A DNA stretch of 42,978 nt from Meyerozyma guilliermondii (Eukaryota). Where the stretch lies: positions 1,116,001 through 1,158,978 of the forward strand of contig CP128819.1 of the NCBI GenBank assembly GCA_051546255.1, given 5' to 3'. The position numbers and the translations under genes are program-made. The notes under the pieces are model-generated. The model worked only from the letters and a program-made list of their open reading frames with translations, did not search any database and was not told the DNA's origin. Positions 1-10,679 of this stretch are shown here, one piece after another; position 1 is the stretch's first letter, and every line of letters starts with the position of its first letter.

Positions 1-966
<966 letters not shown>

Positions 967-1044
967 TTAGCCCCAATGCGGTAATAATCATCGTTGTCGG
1001 GGTGCACCGGGTGCGAATCGTCGATCATAGATACATTTGCATTA

Positions 1045-1623
1045 ATGCTAGTTCGTTATTTGACGACTACAGCTGCCAAAAGAAGTACGTATGCCTAGCA
1101 CTTGTGGTCCAAGCACACTCACTCACCAGACCCCAACTACATATCTTGTTGCGTCGGAAAAATAATCGAATGCAAGCGGCATGAGGGTGCAGATAAATTA
1201 TATGTGTCCCAAATAGATGTCAATGCCGCCAAACCGCTCCAGGTGTGCTCTGGACTCGTGGACTACATTCCTATTGAGCGCATGTCTGAGGCTCGAGTTG
1301 TGGTGGTGACGAATTTGAAACCGTCAAAGATGAGAGGAGTCAAATCTGAAGCGATGCTACTCGCTGCTGAAAAAGAAGTTAACAATATTTCAAATGTGTC
1401 ATTGATAACTCCCCACGAGAACACTCCCATTGGGAGCGCATTACATTTCAAAGGTTTTGATTCGATTGAAAAAGCTCCTCGTCTAAAGTCGCAACTTTGG
1501 CAGGAACTCCAGTCCAAGCTTCGCACCTCCGAAAACGGCACAGTGGTGTTTGACAACGACCATCCACTAGTGGACGAGCATGGCAACCCAGCAACAAGTG
1601 TACCCAATGCTGGTGTACGTTGA
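1045..1623 (+). CDS. Stand-alone tRNA-binding OB-fold protein (EMAP-II/Arc1-C/Trbp111-like). Probable exons 1045-1084 and 1130-1623, with a mitochondrial-type presequence
   Basis: Domain motifs VGKIIECKRHEGADKLYVSQID, VCSGLV and VVVTNLKPSKMRGVKSEAMLL. The listed ORF begins at TTG 1102. ATG 1045 joins in frame if 1085-1129 (GTACGT...ACTCAC-CAG) is spliced out. Confidence 0.8.
1085..1129 (+). other. Predicted 45-nt spliceosomal intron
   Basis: 5' site GTACGT, branch-like ACTCAC next to the 3' CAG, and an in-frame TAG inside. Removal gives MLVRYLTTTAAKRNPNYISCCVGK. Confidence 0.6.
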
Positions 1624-1679
1624 GTCACATTTACGTTATACGTGCTAATCTTTTGCGTAAATCATATAGCTTAACTACT

Positions 1680-2450
1680 TCAATCGATTGGCAGCTTGGT
1701 GGTTCTCAAGTACGACTTCAACTCGTTGAACTCACCAAACTTGGCCTTGGCATCCTCGTTCGACACAGATGGAGGAATAATCACATCTTCACCCACACTC
1801 CAGTCAATTGGAGTAGCAATACCCTTTGAATCGGCCAATTGCAAAGCATCAATAACTCTCAAAACCTCAGCACTGTTTCTTCCAGTAGAAGCAGGGTATG
1901 TCATTATGAGTCTGACTTTCTTGGCTGGGTCAATGATGAAAACTGAACGCACAGTTGCAACCATTCCAGAGTTGATATTGGCAAAGTCTTCTTCGGTCAC
2001 CATATCGTATTTGAAAGCCACCTCTTTGCTGGCGTCGGCAATGATTGGGTATCCAAACTTGGCACCATCAGTAGCAACTTCCTCAATGTCTTTAATCCAG
2101 TCGTTGTGACTTTCGACTCCTTCAGTCGACAACCCAATCATCTTGACACCTCTTTCCTTGAACTCTGGTGCAAGTTTGGCAAAAGCTCCCAACTCCGTGG
2201 TGCACACAGGAGTGAAATCAGCAGGGTGCGAGAACAAAACCACCCAATTGTTGCCAATAAACTCATGGAAGTCGATTTTTCCCTGGGTAGTATCGGCTTG
2301 AAAATTGGGAGCAGTGGACCCGATTCTGATCCGAGGCTGTTCTTCGGCTTTAAAGTTGGAGTAGAACCTCAATGCCGACACACGGGGAGCATTGAATGCG
2401 TTTCTTCTGAAAACAGGAGCTGAAGCACGGATAAATTGTCTTGGAATCAT
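1680..2450 (-). CDS. PRX1: Mitochondrial 1-Cys peroxiredoxin (Prx6 family)
   Basis: Active site FSHPADFTPVCTTE and YPASTGRN motif; Arg-rich presequence from ATG 2450 (MIPRQFIRAS). Confidence 0.95.
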   Translation of the reverse strand: MIPRQFIRASAPVFRRNAFNAPRVSALRFYSNFKAEEQPRIRIGSTAPNFQADTTQGKIDFHEFIGNNWVVLFSHPADFTPVCTTELGAFAKLAPEFKERGVKMIGLSTEGVESHNDWIKDIEEVATDGAKFGYPIIADASKEVAFKYDMVTEEDFANINSGMVATVRSVFIIDPAKKVRLIMTYPASTGRNSAEVLRVIDALQLADSKGIATPIDWSVGEDVIIPPSVSNEDAKAKFGEFNELKSYLRTTKLPID

Positions 2451-2602
2451 GGTAAAGTGAAAAGAAGAGTATGGAGCAAGTGCGATATAGGCCAAATGCA
2501 GGCCAAATTAGTGCGAAAACCTCGCATTGTAATGGTTGCGAAATGTAACGTGCGCAGCGCACGTGAGCTCTTTCACTGAGTTGCTTACCAGCAACTCCCG
2601 TA

Positions 2603-5068
2603 CTACTCCTGAACCATGTTCTCGTCAATCCACCCCAAAAAGTCATCATCTCGGTAATCATTGAGCCACCCGTGTGACTGTTGCTGGAAAAAATTATCCA
2701 TTTGGTCCGCTACCTCGCTGGTAATATTGTAGTTGAGCGGTATCGGCAGCGGCTCCGGCACGGGGACTGCACCCAGGACTGCACCCAAGTCGGGCACCAT
2801 TCCCATTTCGGCGGCGCTAACGGCAGACACCTGATTATTTGCACCCGTTTCCCTTGTGCTTCCTGTGGCTTCCAACATGGCGAGGGTTATTCCGTTGATT
2901 TCCAATGGTTTTTTCGCATCTGTAGCATTGACTCGAGCCTGGTTCATGGCGTGGTCGGTGGGAACCAAGGTGGTTACTGTGGTGCCGTTTGGAGTGGTTG
3001 TAGTTATGGTCTTGAAATCGTCCTTTGTGATTTGATTGTAGAAGGGAAGCGGAACGGGCCGACGGCAGTTTCGTTGCTCGAAAACACTATCGTCAATTTC
3101 TAGTTTTTGCGGCTTGGAATTTGACTTTTCTTGCGTGCGACGACGGGCTTCATGAACGCACCATATCAAATCGTAAAAGAGCGAAGCCGTCAAATGTGAT
3201 CTCATTCGAGTAATTATTCCTCCTCCAGTATCGATGCTTTCCGCTAAGAACACCTCGGGACAAGTATACAACACAATATTCAAATTTTCCAATACTTTGG
3301 CAGTTCTTGAAATGTCATTTTGAAGATGCTTCCATGACGAAAGTGTATTTCTCAAGAGTCTGTGCACCGTAACAATCAGCTGCCGGGCGCTATCGGCGTA
3401 CCTGTCCATTAGGTACTTGCTCAAATGAAGCTTGAACAACAAGAACACAGAATAAGTGATAGCCTGACGAATGTAGATTGGCAATTCCACCAAGTGGGTA
3501 TCATTGCGAAGCATTTGCGATGTGATAGTGATGATTCTCGTGGCAGCAAGGTACGCCGAGCTGACGTAGCGAACCTGGTCCTCGATGGGAGTTCCAGGAA
3601 GAAAAGCAAAGCAGCAAATCATAAGTTTCACATACAAAAAGTAAACTTCCACCGGTGAACCTTCGTCGATTTCAAGCTTGAACCGAAGACGGTCGAGTTC
3701 CCGCTCGAGAATATTGAGCGAGGCAGCTCTGTTCAGTGGTTCCATTAGTCCGTCTGGTCGAGTGACAGATATACCCATGACATTCACCAATTTGCACTGG
3801 AAAATCAGGAGTGAAATCAAGCACCGGAAAGGCTTGGGAAGCGTATGATCGACTCGGGCGTGTTCCACCAAGTAATCGGTGGTGTTGATGGATGGAGGAA
3901 GCCCCAAAACCGACGACCAGAATTGCTCACAAAAGAAAATAGCGAGCCAAGACCTTGTTCGCCATGTTTCTGAATCGGGACCTAAACTCACCTGGGTTCT
4001 TGAAAATTCCTGGATGAATTTTCCACCTCGATGGAGTCCTAGTTGAAGAGCGAGGTTTTTCGCAAGTCCTATGAACCGGTAACTGCAATCGTCAAGCACT
4101 TTTTCGTTGGGAAGTGGCCATGTAGACAAAATTAAGAGGGCCTGGACGACATGGGTCGATCTGGGTGTGCGGATCCAGCAAGTTTCAATGGCCAACTGTT
4201 TGATGAGAGAAGCCAAAGACATGTACATTTGAGGTTCCGGTTCCAGAAGCGCCGCTGTGAGCATCACAGTCCAGAAGAGAAGTTGTGATTTGTGGTAGAG
4301 GGTGTTGGCTGTGGACGTCAGCATTATAGGAAGGTAGGGAAGTCTTCGTTCCACAAAAATATCGTGGAGAGCACTGGCTTTTTCTGCCGAAAGAACCACG
4401 TCTCCGAGGCGAAATTCACTGAGAAGTGGGTACTCTGGCTCCTTGTAATTGGAAGTGTCCATGTGTTCTGGTTGAGGCTCAAAGGTAGCAGAAGTTATTG
4501 GAAGCAAAGTATTAGGAACAGAATCGTTAATATCATTAATTTCAGGAAAAAGTCCGGGCGAATCCGTGGAAGCAGGCAAGAACTGAGTCTGTGGTTGTGT
4601 CCCAGCCAACCCGTTCTGGCTCAATGCTTCTACAAGCAATTTTTCGTTTCGAGCCAACACCTCCATTTTAGCTTTGAGGTCATTCACATCCAGTTTCAAC
4701 GTCTGGATTTGCAGTCCCTTTTTCGGACGAAACTGCGGATCAATTTCACATTTGAGGTTCATCTTTTCACATCTCAGACACGCACCAGGAAATCTTTCCG
4801 ATGCGTTACATTTGATTTTGTGTTGCCGACAAAATGTACACGAAGTTACTGGACGATGCCCGGTCGCTGAAGGTCTAGAACCTTCCGGAGACTCATGGTG
4901 ACCATCACTGTCGATCAGAAAATGTCTGTCTGATCCCGTGACTGATTTTTGGCGTTTATTGTAGTCTCCGGATGGAGTGCCTTGATCGGTCCGACGTTTG
5001 TTTTGCATGGAAGGAGACTCCAGTTTGAGTGGGGGTTTGGGGAGGATAGATTTGACCCGGCCGTCCAT
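2603..5068 (-). CDS. SEF1: Zn2Cys6 transcription factor Sef1 (iron-uptake activator in the CTG clade)
   Basis: RPVTSCTFCRQHKIKCNAS...C.RC....LKCEIDPQFRPKKG, WIRTPRSTH and MRSHLTASLFYDL motifs; adjacent to PRX1 as in S. cerevisiae. Confidence 0.93.
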   Translation of the reverse strand: MDGRVKSILPKPPLKLESPSMQNKRRTDQGTPSGDYNKRQKSVTGSDRHFLIDSDGHHESPEGSRPSATGHRPVTSCTFCRQHKIKCNASERFPGACLRCEKMNLKCEIDPQFRPKKGLQIQTLKLDVNDLKAKMEVLARNEKLLVEALSQNGLAGTQPQTQFLPASTDSPGLFPEINDINDSVPNTLLPITSATFEPQPEHMDTSNYKEPEYPLLSEFRLGDVVLSAEKASALHDIFVERRLPYLPIMLTSTANTLYHKSQLLFWTVMLTAALLEPEPQMYMSLASLIKQLAIETCWIRTPRSTHVVQALLILSTWPLPNEKVLDDCSYRFIGLAKNLALQLGLHRGGKFIQEFSRTQVSLGPDSETWRTRSWLAIFFCEQFWSSVLGLPPSINTTDYLVEHARVDHTLPKPFRCLISLLIFQCKLVNVMGISVTRPDGLMEPLNRAASLNILERELDRLRFKLEIDEGSPVEVYFLYVKLMICCFAFLPGTPIEDQVRYVSSAYLAATRIITITSQMLRNDTHLVELPIYIRQAITYSVFLLFKLHLSKYLMDRYADSARQLIVTVHRLLRNTLSSWKHLQNDISRTAKVLENLNIVLYTCPEVFLAESIDTGGGIITRMRSHLTASLFYDLIWCVHEARRRTQEKSNSKPQKLEIDDSVFEQRNCRRPVPLPFYNQITKDDFKTITTTTPNGTTVTTLVPTDHAMNQARVNATDAKKPLEINGITLAMLEATGSTRETGANNQVSAVSAAEMGMVPDLGAVLGAVPVPEPLPIPLNYNITSEVADQMDNFFQQQSHGWLNDYRDDDFLGWIDENMVQE

Positions 5069-5163
5069 TGCGAGAACGGTTTTTAGGGTGAATTAGTGGA
5101 TTTTGGGAAGACCAGGAATGAGTGTTGGTCACAATGTTGAGAATTGGCACGACTGATGGAAAA

Positions 5164-5247
5164 GATAAAATTTGCTTGGGTTGTGTGCAGGAGGCGGCTC
5201 GGGGGAATGCAGGAAATGCATGCGGCGTGCGGAGACGATGAGATAAG
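5164..5247. promoter_or_regulatory. Two GATA sites upstream of SEF1 (candidate Sfu1 sites)
   Basis: GATAA at 5164-5168 and GATAAG at 5242-5247 in the 266-bp region upstream of SEF1. The GATA factor Sfu1 represses SEF1 in C. albicans. Confidence 0.4.
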
Positions 5248-5334
5248 ACTCACAATGAAACCGCAGGCTCAGATCAGAGACACTACATCAAGCGCGGCTG
5301 GCGCCGCACTCGTTCTTGACGTTTTTTCTCATTA

Positions 5335-6336
5335 CTACGTTTCCTCGTCCTCGCGCGGGTCGCCAATGCCATCCTCGTAAATGGCAAATACACACTCACT
5401 TTCGGGCAAACATGGACTATCATAAACCTTACACACCCGCTGCTCGGCACGGCCCTTGCGGAACGATAACCGAGTGGTGGAGCTGTGAGCAATGATGTTA
5501 CCTCCAATGGGCTTTTTGGGGTCGGGATTGAACATCGATGCACCGCCATCCACCTGGGCCACCACCTGGTTAGTAATCACGACGGCAATGCCAAACTCGT
5601 CAGCAAGACGCTGGAGCGTACGCATATACTTGGCAACGTGAGCCTGACGTGCCGAAAGTTCTCCACGGCCGCTGTAATCGGTTCGATACAATGACATGAT
5701 GGAGTCGACAATTAAAAGCGAAAACCGACTTTCTGCCATCATTTGCGCCGCCATATTTAAGAGCTGGAACTGGTGTTCGGCGTTGTACGCCCGCGCGTAA
5801 GCCACGTTATCCAAGCAATCGTCCGGATTCAAGCCGTACCGCTGAGCAATCAGCACCAACCGCACCGGCCGAAACGTTCCTTCGGTATCAATATACAAAC
5901 ATTTTCCTTCACCTCCACCCATATCAATAGGAAGCTGACACGTCACCGCGAGCGTGTGGCACAACTGGGACTTTCCCGTACGAAACTCACCGAAAACCTC
6001 GGTGATTGATCCGGTTTCAATTCCACCTCCAAGAAGCGTATCCAATTGTTTTGATCCCGTGGTCACACAAATCAACTCCGACCGTCGCGAGTGGAATTCT
6101 GACGCGGTGGTGAACCCTAAAGGCACCACTTTGGCCGCCTCAGCCGAAATCCGGTCGGCTTTTGTTTCACTGATTCCTTTCACTTGAAGCAACGCCTTTT
6201 TTGGAGTATACGCAATACTTTCTATGGTATGGAAACCCTCGCTTTTGAGCTTGTTTATGTCGCTCATGGTGATCCCGTTGCCTTCTAGCTGGTCGATGGA
6301 CAACGGGCCGCTGTCATTATCTGCTTCTTGTGTCAT
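5335..6336 (-). CDS. RAD51: Rad51 recombinase
   Basis: GFTTA motif, Walker [14 protein letters not shown], Walker [22 protein letters not shown] and [17 protein letters not shown]. Confidence 0.98.
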   Translation of the reverse strand: MTQEADNDSGPLSIDQLEGNGITMSDINKLKSEGFHTIESIAYTPKKALLQVKGISETKADRISAEAAKVVPLGFTTASEFHSRRSELICVTTGSKQLDTLLGGGIETGSITEVFGEFRTGKSQLCHTLAVTCQLPIDMGGGEGKCLYIDTEGTFRPVRLVLIAQRYGLNPDDCLDNVAYARAYNAEHQFQLLNMAAQMMAESRFSLLIVDSIMSLYRTDYSGRGELSARQAHVAKYMRTLQRLADEFGIAVVITNQVVAQVDGGASMFNPDPKKPIGGNIIAHSSTTRLSFRKGRAEQRVCKVYDSPCLPESECVFAIYEDGIGDPREDEET

Positions 6337-6454
6337 AACGCGTTGCTGTGTTGATCGCGTTTGAAGATGAGGTGCGGGTGCGGGTGGTGCATGGGTGTGA
6401 GAGGGGAGACGGCTGCGAAATGAAGTGAATGGGCGAACAAGTATTGGGGTAAAT

Positions 6455-6522
6455 AATTGATTGAAGTGAACAATTGATTGAAGTGAACAATTGATTGAAA
6501 TTAATAGTTGATCGAAGTGAAT
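6455..6522. repeat. 17-bp tandem repeat, 4 copies
   Basis: AATTGATTGAAGTGAAC twice exactly (6455-6488), then AATTGATTGAAATTAAT and AGTTGATCGAAGTGAAT. Confidence 0.85.
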
Positions 6523-6720
6523 GAAAAAGTCTCGTGTGAGTGATAGAAAGTGTTTGCAATTGATTTATTCAATATGACCACAACCAAGTATCAACCAATT
6601 GGACTGACCTTGCTTAGAAAATCCACTCACTTCAATGCCAATTCTGTTGTTCTGTATTCCTGTTTCTTGATCTTGTTTGCTGGTCTGTAATGGAGAACCT
6701 TTCTCATATTTTCTCTCACA

Positions 6721-6744
6721 CTCATTCTCATTCTCATTCTCATT
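6721..6744. repeat. (CTCATT)4 microsatellite in a pyrimidine-rich tract
   Basis: ctcattctcattctcattctcatt read directly. Confidence 0.85.
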
Positions 6745-7933
6745 CTCTCTCTCATAATCTTTTCACAGCACTTTTCACACAATTGTCTCACACAATCTTT
6801 CACATACCCACTCCCTTTCTCACAAGCACAAATCGATGTTTCTCATTTTCAACCAGTTGTGAATCAAGCTTCGATTTGCCTGTACTACCGTCAATCATGA
6901 ATAAGTCAGTCCTAAATAAGTCAATCATGATAACACAATCCTATTCAGTAAAGCCTATTCAGTCAAGTCAATATGAGTTTCCTCACTTCTGAACTGTTAA
7001 GTATCCTCTCCTTTCGATCCAATGCCTTATCCTCCACTAATCAATTGCCCCTATCTGCCCAACATTCGCACTATTGTCTCCATATCGGCTGCAAAAATAC
7101 CCGATTCCAAGCCGACGTCAAGTTTAGCCGACCATCCGAACCCGTCTACCCACAATGACACAATTGCCACAATTGCCAGTATTTTCTGCTTGACGAACAA
7201 TTGCACACTAACAAGCTTCATCTATCACCACTGATTCTCTCTCCATATTTCTTTAGGCTTTAATCTACTATTTCTTCCCTTCACTGATCTCGTCGCTCAC
7301 TACCTTTCTCGGCACCCCTGACCGGTCGGTCATCTTCTTCCCCTTTGGGCATATCACATACATCCCTTCTTATTGTCTGAACAATGGTGTGAAAGTATTC
7401 CCTTCTTTTGCCTGCACATACGCTCGCTCTACGCCGCATTCCTCGATAATGCACCAATTGGGTTGCATCACGTCGCACAATTCCCCTCTCTGTCGCCCGT
7501 TCAACGCCTTTGCACCCTATCACCCGTGGTGCCGCGGCTGCAAGTAGATAAGTCGAAACGTATCCATGACGTGCTTTTTCTTATTTATTACTTGACGTGT
7601 CCCCCATACGAATTTCACCGAAAAACTCGGGATTTCGACCCAATACCATCCCATGGGCTCCCCAGTATCTTCTTAAGTCGGTGCCACACGTTTTAGCCTG
7701 CTCTTTATCGTGTTCAATTACAACATTTTTGCCACGGATCTTGACACCCACACACCCGAAACCGCTTCTTGATCCTGATCTGATTCGCACACCCACACAC
7801 CCCCACATCCTGCACCCACACCCGCTATTTTTGTTTACCATACCCCATCGGGCCTCGTGTGTCCACCATAAAGTAAACATTCCCACCTGCATCCATCATT
7901 TTGTTCTAAACCGTTTCATTCTCGTCTTCTGTT

Positions 7934-10582
7934 ATGACTAAACGAATGCACAGGGAGGTCCGGTTTGGATCGTACGTGCTTGGCTCCACCCTCGGAGAAG
8001 GCGAGTTTGGCAAGGTCAAACTAGGATGGAGAAAAGACGGAAATTTTCCTTCCCAAGTAGCGATCAAATTGATCAAACGTGAGTCAATCCAAAAAGATTC
8101 GGATTCAGAAATCAAAATCCACCGAGAAATCAACTCATTGAAACTCCTTAATCACCCCAATATCGTCAATCTCGTGGAAGTGATGAAATCAGGTAAATAT
8201 ATTGGAATTGTCCTCGAATACGCCAGCGGCGGGGAATTGTTTGACTACATTCTTCAACACAAATTTCTCAAGGAAAACGTGGCCAAAAAACTTTTTGCCC
8301 AACTTGTATCTGGTGTCGACCACATGCATGCCAAGGGCCTTGTTCATCGTGACCTCAAGCTCGAAAACTTGCTTTTGGATAAACACAAAAATGTCATTAT
8401 TTCCGATTTTGGTTTCGTCAACTCCTATAACCGTGATAAGTCTGACTACATGAAGACTAGCTGCGGCTCTCCATGCTACGCTGCCCCGGAATTGGTGCTC
8501 ACCCAGTCACCGTACGAGGGAAGAAAAGTTGATATTTGGTCCCTTGGCGTGATTCTTTATGCTATGCTTTCTGGTTATCTTCCCTTTGATGATGATCCCG
8601 AGAATGAAGATGGTGCCGATATCGTCAAATTGTACCACTACATTTGCAGAACTCCTCTCACGTTCCCAGAATATGTGTCACCTCTTGCTCGTGATTTACT
8701 CAGAAAGATCATTGTACCAGACCCTAAGAAACGTATCACTCTCAATGAGATCCGTGAACACCAATGGCTAGCACCTTATAAGAACTTGCTTGCGATAAGA
8801 CAGCCCGATTGGGACAAGATGCATCGTGATAGAAAGATAGCTGCTGCATCGGCAGCGTCTGGAAATCACCCCAACACGGCTGCAAATGCCTCGAACCGGT
8901 TTTCGATGGTCAATGAGAGAACAAATAGTTATCTCATGAATGCTCAAGGAGGAAGAGGAAGATCGGCTTCTACCATCAGCAACAATGGCCATATTTATGC
9001 AAATCCTCCAGTGGCCACCACATCATCGTCTCTCACCACCGCCGTGGGTCAAACCGAGAAAACACCTTCACCAACAAAGCAATTCCCAGTTAATGCATAC
9101 CGTACTCATGCCAAATCTGCCTCGGTTTCAAACCCTTACTACACCGCCAGTTCGGCATTAATGGCAGTGGTATCTGAAAGTGAAAAACGAAACTCGGTGA
9201 CACTGTTGGAACAGGTTTACCTGAAACCCACTGCTCATGTTCCTCCCGCTCACAAATCCAAGACTCAACTTCCTGCTCCTATCGCTCGCTCAACCACTTA
9301 TACCGGAACACCAATCTCTACTATTGTCGAGAGTCCTACAAGATTGACGTTTGACCGTCCAGCATTTGAATACGTTGAACCCCAGCAAGCATTGGAACAA
9401 CCTTTTACCCACATGTCAGCACACAATCGTCTTCCACAGACAAAGAAGCCACGTCCTACATCTTACCATCCTTCTTCGTTATCGTCATCTATGGGCTCTG
9501 GTAATTCCAGCAGCGCTCTGCTATTTGATTACTTCAAGATACCCACTGGGGTAAATCTCCCTTACCCTAATAACGTTTCTCCCACCAGAGGATCACCAAC
9601 TTCAGACACTTCGTTGACGTTTACTAACGAAAATGTACTTCTGGGAAGTCCAGTTTCGAAGGACAGGTCGTCGGCATCTTTGGATTCTCGCAGAAACTCG
9701 GTGGTTACACATGTCCACGTTAATGGCGTGTTGACTAGTGAAATGAACAGCCATGAGAATAAGCGAAATTCCGTGCTTAGCTATTTGGAAGATAAGATCG
9801 ACGGACTTGACCTTGATATGGATGAACGGGCCGAACAAGAAGATACCACCATTACTCCACAGATCAACCAGGCCCCCGTGTTTGACTCGCAGGTAGTGTC
9901 GCCCGTACAACCTGAGAATGAAGGTACGATGACTACACCTTTGGACTCCAAACAGCCCCAACAGAGCGAAACGTCAGAAGCCCCCGACAAACAAGACCGC
10001 AAGGTCGAAGAGACGTCGCATCCAGATTCGCTGGTCGAATCTGAGGTGTATCCTGAAGAAAGAGAACCAATAGTTTTCATTGAGGATCACTATGGTCCAA
10101 AGGAGAAATCGTCAGAAGCCATTCAAATTGTCAAAGAAAGGTCTCGCGAGACCGGTGACTCTGATGTTTTTTTGGTGAAGCCAGAAAGAAAAACCAAGGG
10201 CCATAATAGGGGCAAGTCTGTTGATACTCAATCGATAGCGAGCAAGAGAGAAAAGAGACGAGACCAAGTCCACCAAGAGAATAAGGAAAACCGCGATGCG
10301 AAAAAGAAAAACAGATTCAGTCTTCTCTCGTTCTACAGCACCTACAACTCGTCATCCACCAGCGTCAACTACATTCCTCCACCATCCACCAACCGTAGAG
10401 CGTTGGAACCCACTTCTGACAATCACTCCAACGACACCAGTCTGTCGAAAGGAAGCACGATGAAACGACCCCCAGCATCGTCCGGCTCCACATCCACGAC
10501 TTCCACGGGATCTGCCAGGGAAGCCAGTGCAGCTCGCAAAGTGATGGACTTCTTCAAGCGCCGAAGCGTCCGAATTAATTAG
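7934..10582 (+). CDS. KIN4: Ser/Thr kinase of the Kin4/Frk1 family (spindle position checkpoint)
   Basis: VRFGSYVLGSTLGEGEFGKVKLGW, VAIKLIKR, HRDLKLEN, DFG and TSCGSPCYAAPE; conserved C-terminal ARKVMDFFKRRS. Confidence 0.92.
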   Translation: MTKRMHREVRFGSYVLGSTLGEGEFGKVKLGWRKDGNFPSQVAIKLIKRESIQKDSDSEIKIHREINSLKLLNHPNIVNLVEVMKSGKYIGIVLEYASGGELFDYILQHKFLKENVAKKLFAQLVSGVDHMHAKGLVHRDLKLENLLLDKHKNVIISDFGFVNSYNRDKSDYMKTSCGSPCYAAPELVLTQSPYEGRKVDIWSLGVILYAMLSGYLPFDDDPENEDGADIVKLYHYICRTPLTFPEYVSPLARDLLRKIIVPDPKKRITLNEIREHQWLAPYKNLLAIRQPDWDKMHRDRKIAAASAASGNHPNTAANASNRFSMVNERTNSYLMNAQGGRGRSASTISNNGHIYANPPVATTSSSLTTAVGQTEKTPSPTKQFPVNAYRTHAKSASVSNPYYTASSALMAVVSESEKRNSVTLLEQVYLKPTAHVPPAHKSKTQLPAPIARSTTYTGTPISTIVESPTRLTFDRPAFEYVEPQQALEQPFTHMSAHNRLPQTKKPRPTSYHPSSLSSSMGSGNSSSALLFDYFKIPTGVNLPYPNNVSPTRGSPTSDTSLTFTNENVLLGSPVSKDRSSASLDSRRNSVVTHVHVNGVLTSEMNSHENKRNSVLSYLEDKIDGLDLDMDERAEQEDTTITPQINQAPVFDSQVVSPVQPENEGTMTTPLDSKQPQQSETSEAPDKQDRKVEETSHPDSLVESEVYPEEREPIVFIEDHYGPKEKSSEAIQIVKERSRETGDSDVFLVKPERKTKGHNRGKSVDTQSIASKREKRRDQVHQENKENRDAKKKNRFSLLSFYSTYNSSSTSVNYIPPPSTNRRALEPTSDNHSNDTSLSKGSTMKRPPASSGSTSTTSTGSAREASAARKVMDFFKRRSVRIN

Positions 10583-10679
10583 AATGAATGTATAATGTTT
10601 TATTTGCAACCGAATACCACATCCACACACCATTGGAGCCCAATTTGTAATCTTGACTCATTTCCAAATTTCTTCTTTT

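Noticed and set aside
6337..7933. Telomerase RNA gene or centromere in the long intergenic region
   Set aside because: No template-like sequence (one or more GGTGTACT/AGTACACC units) was seen, and no diagnostic centromere features are present.
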